Below, piece after piece: positions 18,041 to 25,041 of a DNA stretch of 28,573 nt; positions within the stretch are counted from its first letter, which is position 1, and each line of letters starts with the position of its first letter. Below the pieces are notes generated by a model. The model did not search any database. It was not told the DNA's origin and saw only the letters and a list, made by a program, of their open reading frames with translations. Origin of the DNA: a virus (taxonomy: Duplodnaviria > Caudoviricetes); the IMG/VR virus record IMGVR_UViG_3300008267_006297, positions 1 through 28,573 of that record; one strand, given 5' to 3'. The translations under genes were made by a program, and so were the position numbers.

Positions 18041-19798
18041 ATGGCATTGCAAACTTGGATTGGGTCAGTTGACACTACCCTTTCGACAGGCGCCAACTGG
18101 CAGTCGGGAACTATTGCCAGTGCTGACTCCATGCAGTTCAACAGCCTTGCTGTTGGCATCAACAACAGCACGGGCGGATGGTCGTTTGGTACTCTGTCAA
18201 CCATCGGCTGTATGTCTATCGAAGACAACTTCACAGGAGCCAAGATTTCAGCGTATGACGGCTCTGGTGGGACCAAGACTATCAGCGGGGCCGCGAGCCG
18301 CATTAACGGCTACGCAATGTACGTCGGCGCAAACAAGACCTTTGAGTACCCACGCATCAACTGGCCACGTCAGGACGCTTTTGGTGCCTCAGACGTTTAC
18401 GTTGGCCTTAACGGGCTGCTCGTCCATTCTACCGACAACGTCGGCGCTGGTTTGGGTTCCGACAAGTCCACGTCCACTGCGTCTGCATCCAACGCAGTTA
18501 AGTGGGGGCCTGGCACTTGGCGGATGGGACCTAACAGCACGGACACGTCTACCCTTGGGTCGGTCACCATTCGCGAAGGTGTCGTGCAGGCTGGGTTTAG
18601 CAGCGCCGCTGTTGGGCGTAACCCATTCGGCTACATCGGTACGTCGTACTCGCCCGTGTACTTCAACGGGACAGGCGTGGAACTTCAGTTCGGGGCTTTC
18701 GGTACGCTTACCTCGTTCACCATTCCCAACCAACTGATCTTTACGTCAGGCGGCATCGTTAAGTCGCTGCCAGGATTCTCAGCCACGCTATCCGCGTCAC
18801 CAAGCGGCAGCGGGACCATCACCATCGGGAACGGCGGCGGGTCGCTGACATGGTCGGCAACCATCGGCAACAACGTATCCGTTGATGCTGGTGCCACCCT
18901 CACAATGGGCGCTGGCAGCAGCATCACTGGCACGCTGACCGGCACTGGCACCATCGCCATGAATGGCGGCACCCTCTCCGGTGACGCCTCTACGTCAAAC
19001 AACACCATCACAGGCACGTTTACTGCTAATGGAGTCAGGACTTTCAACTTCATCAACGCTGGTATCTGCACTTCGGGTTCGGGGTACCAGACGTTTACGG
19101 GTTCATCGCCAAACGGGCGTTTTGGCAACATCGCTTACTCGGTCGTCAAACTGTATCAGCCGTGGCTGGGTGGCGCAGGCACGACCACCACTCAGGCTAG
19201 CGACGGAACCAACCCATCGTGGTTCTACTTTTATGGTGCGGGCAAGCTTAACACGACCTGCACTATTGCGATGTCTTCCAGCGCCGCAACGCTTGGCCTG
19301 TTTGAGGCGGCTAACGTAGACAGTCCACTCACGGCAAATGCGACCACTGCGTCCACCATTCTCTGCGGTGACGCAACCGTGACGACGTACAGCGGCAACG
19401 TATCGACCAGCCAATCGTCGGGGCTACTGAAGGTCATGGCCGCAGTGGGCGGAACCTTGACGCTGTCTGGTTCGGTGACGAGTTCCAACGCAGGTCGCAC
19501 GTTTGGCCTAAACGAGGACTCAACCTACAGCACGGCAGGCGATCCGTCGCAACCCACCGGCACCATCGGCGGCACCATCAAGGTGACGGGCAGCGGTTTC
19601 TCTGGCTCACCCGCAACCCTCAAGCGCGGAACGCTGTACCTCAACAGCGCGTCGTCGGTTGGTGTCGGCACGACCCTCACCGTGAGCGGTTCTGGCACGA
19701 CCGTCGCTTGCTCGTCCACTGGCCCTTACGCAGCCCAAATCACCGGCAACATGTCGTTCGGTGCTGGCACCGTCCTCCGCTTCGGCGCACCGGCCTAA
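18041..19798 (+). CDS. Second passenger-like beta-helix adhesin, lacking the C-terminal cap
   Basis: GGGAG SD; QTWIGSVDTTLSTGANW N-terminus; VKWGPGTWRM...VTIREGVVQAG repeat; G/S/T-rich; ends at VLRFGAPA. Confidence 0.75.
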   Translation: MALQTWIGSVDTTLSTGANWQSGTIASADSMQFNSLAVGINNSTGGWSFGTLSTIGCMSIEDNFTGAKISAYDGSGGTKTISGAASRINGYAMYVGANKTFEYPRINWPRQDAFGASDVYVGLNGLLVHSTDNVGAGLGSDKSTSTASASNAVKWGPGTWRMGPNSTDTSTLGSVTIREGVVQAGFSSAAVGRNPFGYIGTSYSPVYFNGTGVELQFGAFGTLTSFTIPNQLIFTSGGIVKSLPGFSATLSASPSGSGTITIGNGGGSLTWSATIGNNVSVDAGATLTMGAGSSITGTLTGTGTIAMNGGTLSGDASTSNNTITGTFTANGVRTFNFINAGICTSGSGYQTFTGSSPNGRFGNIAYSVVKLYQPWLGGAGTTTTQASDGTNPSWFYFYGAGKLNTTCTIAMSSSAATLGLFEAANVDSPLTANATTASTILCGDATVTTYSGNVSTSQSSGLLKVMAAVGGTLTLSGSVTSSNAGRTFGLNEDSTYSTAGDPSQPTGTIGGTIKVTGSGFSGSPATLKRGTLYLNSASSVGVGTTLTVSGSGTTVACSSTGPYAAQITGNMSFGAGTVLRFGAPA

Positions 19799-19815
19799 CC
19801 CAAGGAGTCTTTCCA

Positions 19816-20229
19816 ATGGCCCTCGTTGTTTCTTTGACCCTTCCTGCGACCACCGCCCTCCAGAACGACCAGGTGGTCGAGGTTCCCGAAGTCACCTACC
19901 CGCAGGCATATGCGCGCCTCATCATGGCGCGGGCCTCGTCCACGGACACCTACCTCTTGGTGTGCTGGTACGCCGACGCGGATGCGCGGTTCGCCAACGC
20001 CGATCCGGTGAAGGTGTTTGAGTTCCCGCCGGTCCCGACCGCCGACCTCAAGGGCGACCTGTACCCGGCGGCGTACACCTACCTCAAGACCCTGTCCGAC
20101 TTCGCAGGCGCGACGGACCACCCGCTGGTTGACCCAGCAGAGGTGGTGGAGCCCGCACCTGTGGAGCCGACGCCTGAGCCGACGCCTGAGCCGACGCCTG
20201 AGCCGACGCAGCCCGAGGCACAGGCTTAA
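19816..20229 (+). CDS. Fibre-associated small protein with Pro/Glu-rich tail (start reassigned from 19708 to 19816)
   Basis: AAGGAG SD at 19802-19807 precedes the ATG at 19816; AYTYLKTLSDFAGATD motif is of the type I recall in small proteins next to phage fibre genes. Confidence 0.7.
   Translation: MALVVSLTLPATTALQNDQVVEVPEVTYPQAYARLIMARASSTDTYLLVCWYADADARFANADPVKVFEFPPVPTADLKGDLYPAAYTYLKTLSDFAGATDHPLVDPAEVVEPAPVEPTPEPTPEPTPEPTQPEAQA
20164..20209 (+). repeat. 12-bp tandem repeat GAGCCGACGCCT x ~3.8 (EPTP repeats)
   Basis: Three perfect copies plus a 10-bp partial copy. Confidence 0.95.
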
Positions 20230-20314
20230 CACTTTGCTTATCCGCGAGCGAAGAACGTAGCTGGTATGGGGCCAGCTAAAGCCTGCGTAGGGCAGGCTGA
20301 AGGAGAGCAAGACC

Positions 20315-22219
20315 ATGGCAGACGTGAAGAAATTTCTTTTCCTTGACCAAGATGGTCAGATGGCCGAGCAGAAGGCCACCGACACCATTCAGGTCGCAAA
20401 CGGCGTCAACGCACTTGACGCAGTCAACAAGGGGCAGCTGGACGGTGCCGTTGGTTCGCTGACGGACCTGATCAATGCCGAGGCAGCACGCGCTGCACAG
20501 GCAGAGGCGGCTCTTGGTGACAGCATCACCGCAGAGCAGACGGCTCGCATTGCGGCTGACGCTGCACTGTCGGCCTCGCTGACCAGCGAGACGAACGCCC
20601 GCACGGCGGCTGACACCGCTCTGGGTGGCCGGATCGACGCTGAAGAGGCGGCGCGTATTGCCGCTGACAGCGCCGAGGCTTCTGCTCGCGCTGCGGCTGA
20701 CACCGCACTGCGGAACGACCTTGACGCCGAGATCGCCCGTGCAACTGCGGCTGAGTCGGCAGAGGCCACTGCCCGCACCAACGCGGACGCAGCCCTCCAG
20801 GCAGCAATCGACGCGCTGTCGTCCAGCAGCAACTCCGCGCTGACCGCTGCGATCAACTCGCTGACGGCTGACCTTGAGGCGGAAGAGGCTGCGCGTATCG
20901 CGGCTGATGCAGCCCTCCAGACCGAGCTTGACGCTGAAGAGGCTCGCGCTGCGGCTGCGGAGGCTGCGGAGGAGGCGGCTCGTATCGCTGCCGACAACGC
21001 ACTCCAGAGCGACATCGACGCCGAGGAAGCTGCCCGCATCGCTGCGGTTGCCGCGCTCCAGGCCGAGTTGGACGCCGAGGAGGCCCGTGCTGCCGCTGCC
21101 GAGCAGGACCTGGCAGACGACATCGCTGCCGAGCAGAGCCGCGCACAGACCGCCGAGGGCAACCTGACCTCTGCGCTGAACGCAGAGATCGCTCGCGCTC
21201 AGGCAGCCGAGGCCGTCCTGACCGCTGACCTCGCGGCCGAGATCGCCCGTGCGACCTCGACCGAGGCAGCGAACCTCCAAGAGGCGAAGGACTACGCAGA
21301 TGCTCGCGTGCAGGGCCTGTCGTGGAAGGCGTCGGTTGACTACGCCTACCCGCGCACTGGCGCCCACACCCTGCCTGCTGACGCAGCAGCACTGATCGCT
21401 GCGGATGGCCTGGCAGTTGGTAGCCGCGTGCTCGTCTACTCGGCTGATCAGAGCGCGCACGCCGACAACGGCATCTACGTTGTGTCGGGCACCTCCTTTG
21501 TCCGCGCTGCCGACATGGCCGCTGGCAAGGACGCCGCTGGCGCGACCGTGTACGTTGAGCGCGCAACCGACGCTGGTGCAGCACCGGGCACCTCGTTCGT
21601 GTGCGCCAACGCTGGTTCGGCCATCGTCGGCACCGACGCGCTGGAGTTCGTGATCTTCTCGCGTGCAGAGAACCTGTCGTTCGGTTCGGGCGTGCAGAAG
21701 ATCGGCACCGCCGTTTCCGCAAATGTGGCTGAGTACCAGCCGATCTTTGTGGATGAGGCGGGTGCGCTGAACTTCCGCATTTCCGGGCCTGACCTTGGCG
21801 TGGATGGCCCTGGCAATCTCTTTGTGACTGGCGCCTTGGTTGCTGGCACCAAGTCGAATGCTGACCTGAAGCACACGCATCGCGCACTGACCGACCTTGT
21901 TGGCACTTCTGAGGCAGTTGGCGTTTTCGTGAAGAGCGACGGCACCGCTTGCACCTACGATGCTCCTGAGGTCTACGGGTGCGTGGACGAGGCTAATGAG
22001 GGCAGTGGCGCTCGCGTGGTGATCGCAGGTGTGAGCAACACCGCCAGCGGCGCGCTGATGGCCTTCGGTACGGACCAGAAGGTGTATCTGGGTTCGGCCC
22101 CTGGCGTGTTCTGCACCTACGCAGACATTCCGTCGGGCAAGTGGGCAGTGCCGGTTGGTTATCGGTACGACAGCGCGATGATTCGCGTGCATCTTGGGCC
22201 TGCGACTCTGAAGGCGTAA
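20315..22219 (+). CDS. Long coiled-coil fibre with adhesin neck motif and C-terminal cement-like domain
   Basis: AAGGAG SD; VANGVNALDAVNKGQL (YadA-type neck); ~280 aa of E..ARIAAD.AL repeats; 'RVLV...DNGIY...FVRAAD' module shared with the 2069-aa fibre; DUF2190-like C-terminus. Confidence 0.8.
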   Translation: MADVKKFLFLDQDGQMAEQKATDTIQVANGVNALDAVNKGQLDGAVGSLTDLINAEAARAAQAEAALGDSITAEQTARIAADAALSASLTSETNARTAADTALGGRIDAEEAARIAADSAEASARAAADTALRNDLDAEIARATAAESAEATARTNADAALQAAIDALSSSSNSALTAAINSLTADLEAEEAARIAADAALQTELDAEEARAAAAEAAEEAARIAADNALQSDIDAEEAARIAAVAALQAELDAEEARAAAAEQDLADDIAAEQSRAQTAEGNLTSALNAEIARAQAAEAVLTADLAAEIARATSTEAANLQEAKDYADARVQGLSWKASVDYAYPRTGAHTLPADAAALIAADGLAVGSRVLVYSADQSAHADNGIYVVSGTSFVRAADMAAGKDAAGATVYVERATDAGAAPGTSFVCANAGSAIVGTDALEFVIFSRAENLSFGSGVQKIGTAVSANVAEYQPIFVDEAGALNFRISGPDLGVDGPGNLFVTGALVAGTKSNADLKHTHRALTDLVGTSEAVGVFVKSDGTACTYDAPEVYGCVDEANEGSGARVVIAGVSNTASGALMAFGTDQKVYLGSAPGVFCTYADIPSGKWAVPVGYRYDSAMIRVHLGPATLKA

Positions 22220-22282
22220 TTGGCCTTCTGTAAGTTAGCCTGACACCGCCAGACGGCAGCGGAACCGGCTGGTAGGACAGGC

Positions 22283-22326
22283 GGGAGGGGTCACACGGGA
22301 CGCCGTGTGGCCCCTTCCTCTTTTGT
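22283..22326 (+). terminator. Probable intrinsic terminator after the fibre cluster
   Basis: 16-bp stem 22283-22298/22303-22318 with two G-U pairs, GACG loop, followed by TCTTTTGT. Confidence 0.65.
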
Positions 22327-22365
22327 GCTATAGGCTTTCCACACCTTTTAAGGAGGAAACATACA

Positions 22366-23088
22366 GTGGCGCGCCTCTCACTCAACCTTGTGCGAGTTCC
22401 CAACGTGCTGGGCATCTATGGCCCCAAGAAGGATCAGTTCCCTGCGCGCATGAGTCTGTTGCACCCAGAGGCGGCTGCGGCCTTTGCTGCTGCCGAAAAG
22501 GGCATGGGCACACGCCTGCGGGTTAGTGACATGTTCCGCACCGCAGAGCAGAGCATGCAGGCCATGCAGGAAAAGTCTGGCGTGATGCCTCCTGGGTTTT
22601 CCTTGCATAACTACGGCATCGCCATCGACGTGGACATCGACTCCATGATGGCAGCAACCAAGCTCTCCAAGCCTTCCTTTGACCTGCTCATGCGCGAGCA
22701 CGGCTGGTACTGCCACAGGAAGGACAACAAGCGTGGCAGCGAGGATTGGCACTACAACTTCCTTGGCGTAAAGGAGGCCGCAGAGCCGTTCCTTGCAGCC
22801 AGTGCCAAGAGCACCAACACCAGCGCAGCAGGGGACGCCAAAATTCTGTCACTCTACAAGGACGGGTTGGCACTGACTCCTGTGGAGGTGCAGGAGTGCC
22901 TTGCAGCCATCAAGATGTACTCAGGGGAGATTGATGGGCTGCTGGGGCCGCGCAGCCAACAGGCCATCATGGCGTTCCAGAGGGCCTGGCGTCTGCATCC
23001 CAATGGGGTTGTGGATAGCAAGACGGAGCGCACGCTGGCCTATGTGAGTGCCGTTTTGAACATTGCAGAGAGCCAGCCTGCGGTGTAG
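22366..23088 (+). CDS. Endolysin: M15 family Zn peptidase + C-terminal peptidoglycan-binding domain
   Basis: AAGGAGG SD, GTG start; SDMFRT..Q, PPGFSLHNYGIAIDV (SxHxxGxAxD) and EDWHY motifs; YSGEIDGLLGPRSQQAIMAFQRAWRLHPNGVVDSKT is PG_binding_1-like. Confidence 0.88.
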   Translation: MARLSLNLVRVPNVLGIYGPKKDQFPARMSLLHPEAAAAFAAAEKGMGTRLRVSDMFRTAEQSMQAMQEKSGVMPPGFSLHNYGIAIDVDIDSMMAATKLSKPSFDLLMREHGWYCHRKDNKRGSEDWHYNFLGVKEAAEPFLAASAKSTNTSAAGDAKILSLYKDGLALTPVEVQECLAAIKMYSGEIDGLLGPRSQQAIMAFQRAWRLHPNGVVDSKTERTLAYVSAVLNIAESQPAV

Positions 23089-23102
23089 GGTGCATCTCAT
23101 AC

Positions 23103-23177
23103 GGGGCGCAGGTGTTGACGGTGGCATGCGGGCTTTGCAAGCCTGAGGGCGGGTTTCGATCACCCGGCGCTCCACCA
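23103..23177 (+). tRNA. tRNA-Ala (anticodon UGC), CCA encoded, non-canonical core
   Basis: Acceptor GGGGCGC/GCGCTCC with G3-U70 and discriminator A; D stem GTGT/GCAT; anticodon stem CGGGC/GCCTG, loop TTTGCAA; T stem CGGGT/ACCCG, loop TTCGATC. Confidence 0.88.
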
Positions 23178-23182
23178 CCTAA

Positions 23183-23215
23183 AAGAGGTCATAGGGCAAA
23201 CCCCTGTGGCCTCTT
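23183..23215 (+). terminator. Stem-loop directly 3' of the tRNA (terminator or processing signal)
   Basis: 14-bp stem AAGAGGTCATAGGG/CCCTGTGGCCTCTT with two G-U pairs on the + strand; no strong U tract. Confidence 0.45.
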
Positions 23216-23233
23216 GGTGCGTTTGGGGCTAGG

Positions 23234-23455
23234 ATGCGTTCCATGCGTTGCACGACTTGCGACAGCGTAGAAACGGTCCTTTGGGCACACAATGGGGGTG
23301 TTAGCACCCACCATTGGGGTGACGGTGAAGAAAAGGACTGCGGCTGCGGCCCACAGCTGATCTGCGTAGTCTGCGACGCACCCCTTTTGAGCCACCATGG
23401 GTTTGTCGTGCTGGACGCCGTCTGTTTCGGCTTTACCAACGACACCCTCCAGTGA
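23234..23455 (+). CDS. Small Cys/His-rich hypothetical protein (possible Zn-binding)
   Basis: CTTC, CGC, CVVC and two HH pairs in 73 aa; fills the gap, and its stop overlaps the next gene's SD. Confidence 0.45.
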   Translation: MRSMRCTTCDSVETVLWAHNGGVSTHHWGDGEEKDCGCGPQLICVVCDAPLLSHHGFVVLDAVCFGFTNDTLQ

Positions 23456-23462
23456 GGTAAAA

Positions 23463-23648
23463 ATGCCATTGAAGAGCAAGGCGCAGCAGAGGTTTCTATT
23501 CGCAGCAGAGGCTAGAGGGGAAATCCCCAAGGGCACTGCCAAGAAGTTCGTGAAGGAAACGCCCAAGAGCAAGCTGGCTAAGCTGCCTGAGTACAAGAAG
23601 CAGGACGAGAAGACCCTGCGGAAGTACAAAAAGGCCAAGGGTCGCTAA
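23463..23648 (+). CDS. Small Lys-rich protein, MPxKSKAQ type (DUF3008-like N-terminus); start reassigned to 23463
   Basis: GAGGT SD then ATG; MPLKSKAQQRFLFAAEARGEIPKGTAKKFVKETP...LPE is a pattern I recognise from small phage proteins. Confidence 0.75.
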   Translation: MPLKSKAQQRFLFAAEARGEIPKGTAKKFVKETPKSKLAKLPEYKKQDEKTLRKYKKAKGR

Positions 23649-23890
23649 GGAGTTGGGGCAGGATAGGCTAAGATGAGGTGTGCAGAGCACCCTTGAGCAG
23701 GGGCGAGACATCTCTTTCTGGCTGGCGCACCACCCATCCCACCAGCGCCCCCTTCCTGCCGGAATAGTCCTTGCTTGGGTGCCGCACATCTTTCTGCCTT
23801 AACCTTGACCAGGTCCTTTTCTTGGTCTAGTTTCAGCACATGCCCTCATGGGGCGGCACGCTTCACGGCAGCATGACGCTGCTGGATAGG

Positions 23891-23926
23891 GCGCGCAGGA
23901 GAGCCGAAAGGCACCTGCGCGTTTTT
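23891..23926 (+). promoter_or_regulatory. GNRA-capped stem-loop with U tract immediately before the tail tube SD
   Basis: GCGCGCAGG/CCTGCGCGT plus GCC-GAAA-GGC, then a T run; SD GGAGG at 23932-23936. Confidence 0.55.
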
Positions 23927-23945
23927 GCTTTGGAGGAAAATAGCC

Positions 23946-24392
23946 ATGGCTCAAAGAATTAAAGGGCAAGACACAACCGTTGAAGTGCTTGTGAATGGGC
24001 AGGCTGTCATTGTGGCTGGCTCGCCCATCCGTAACTTTGAACTGACCCCCAAGTTCAGCAAACTTGAGGAGCAGTACCTTGGCGATCCGTCCAAGCGTTA
24101 TGACGAGATTTTTGATGGTGTTGACTTCAAGATGGACATGAACTTTGAGGACGACAGCGTCATTCGGTTGATTGAGGTGATCCGCAACCGCGCTATTGGC
24201 CAGACCAATGCCGGTTACACCGCAGCCACAATCAACATCAGGACCACGCTGAACTTCCCGGGCGGGGCTCGTCCTGTGATTGTCTTGCAAGACTGCTTCT
24301 TTGAGAACCTGCCGATCACGTTCGGTGGGCGTGAGCAGTACGGCCAGTTCACCCTGTCGGGTAGCTGCTCTAACTTTACCCGCATCACCTAA
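23946..24392 (+). CDS. Tail tube protein (start reassigned to ATG 23946)
   Basis: GGAGG SD; 148-aa beta-rich protein (MAQRIKGQDTTVEV...EEQYLG...YDEIFDGVDFKM...GGREQY) directly before chaperone and tape measure genes. Confidence 0.8.
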   Translation: MAQRIKGQDTTVEVLVNGQAVIVAGSPIRNFELTPKFSKLEEQYLGDPSKRYDEIFDGVDFKMDMNFEDDSVIRLIEVIRNRAIGQTNAGYTAATINIRTTLNFPGGARPVIVLQDCFFENLPITFGGREQYGQFTLSGSCSNFTRIT

Positions 24393-24419
24393 CCCAACCT
24401 CACTCCGCAGAGGGCACAC

Positions 24420-24788
24420 ATGAACGCTTTTGAGCAGAAGTTGTTTGGCAACCAGCCGGATCGCGTGATCCATCGGTTCACGGTTCCAGAGTCCATCCCT
24501 GGGGAAGTCCGCTCCCTTGGGCTGGTCGAGATCACGGCAGATGAGGAACTCAAGGCAGAGGCGCGGTGCAGGGGCGCCTCTGACAAGCGGGCCTCTGAGA
24601 TGGCCAAGCAAGCACTGGTCGAGGTGAATGGGGAGCCTGTTGGGTTTGCGGATGCGTCCGTGGACAAGGCATGGAACAACATGCACCCCAAGGTCCGCAC
24701 CTTGCTGGCTTCTGCATGGGTGCGGCTGCACCTCGCCAATGATGACGAGGTGGAGAGTTTTTTCGCCTCGCGCATGAGCAGCGTTTAG
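24420..24788 (+). CDS. Tail assembly chaperone (lambda gpG-equivalent)
   Basis: Between tube and tape measure; LVEITADEELKA pattern; ends with the slippery site T TTT TTC. Confidence 0.8.
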   Translation: MNAFEQKLFGNQPDRVIHRFTVPESIPGEVRSLGLVEITADEELKAEARCRGASDKRASEMAKQALVEVNGEPVGFADASVDKAWNNMHPKVRTLLASAWVRLHLANDDEVESFFASRMSSV

Positions 24789-25033
24789 CGCCAAAGGGGC
24801 GACTGCGGTATTCCCAAGCCGTATCCATTGGGGAGATCGCAGTCGCCTACAAACGGGCTGGCAGTGTGGATGACCGCATCTGGCGTATTCTGGCCTATGT
24901 CGGTCGCTATGGGCACCAGCCAGTGGACGTGGCGCGAAAGCTGACCGTGCGAGAACTCAACAAGCTGTCAGAGAAGATCGCAGAGATTGTTGAGAAGGAA
25001 AACGCGGCCAATAAGGGGCCGCTGAGTGAGTAG
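24420..25033 (+). CDS. Frameshifted tail assembly chaperone (gpGT-equivalent, ~204 aa) via -1 slip at 24758-24764
   Basis: The -1 frame is open for 89 codons from 24764 to TAG 25031-25033 (RLAHEQRLAPKG...IWRILAYVGRYGHQPVDVARKLTVRELNKLSEKIAEIVEKENAANKGPLSE), has no ATG of its own, and fills the gap to the tape measure gene. Confidence 0.8.
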
Positions 25034-25041
25034 GACACACC

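Noticed and set aside
20261-20277. Sigma54-like GG-N10-GC site CTGGTATGGGGCCAGCT
   Set aside because: The GC comes from the hairpin palindrome, TTGC is missing, and the second copy of the motif lacks it.
5951-22219. Diversity-generating retroelement or invertible fibre cassette
   Set aside because: No reverse transcriptase or invertase in the window; by eye no template/variable repeat pair and no inverted fibre fragments. Elements outside the window are not excluded.
23103-23177. tmRNA (GGGG start, GACGG, G3-U70, TCCACCA end)
   Set aside because: Only 75 nt, with a full anticodon arm reading UGC and no tag-reading-frame domain.
23193-23203. GGGCAAACCC (also at ~1112-1121) as a c-di-GMP-I riboswitch start
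   Set aside because: The downstream GAAA tetraloop/GACGCAAAGC elements are absent.
23645-23839. 64-aa - strand ORF as a confident gene
   Set aside because: Weak, closely spaced SD, GTG start, no motif and opposite to all other genes; left uncalled.
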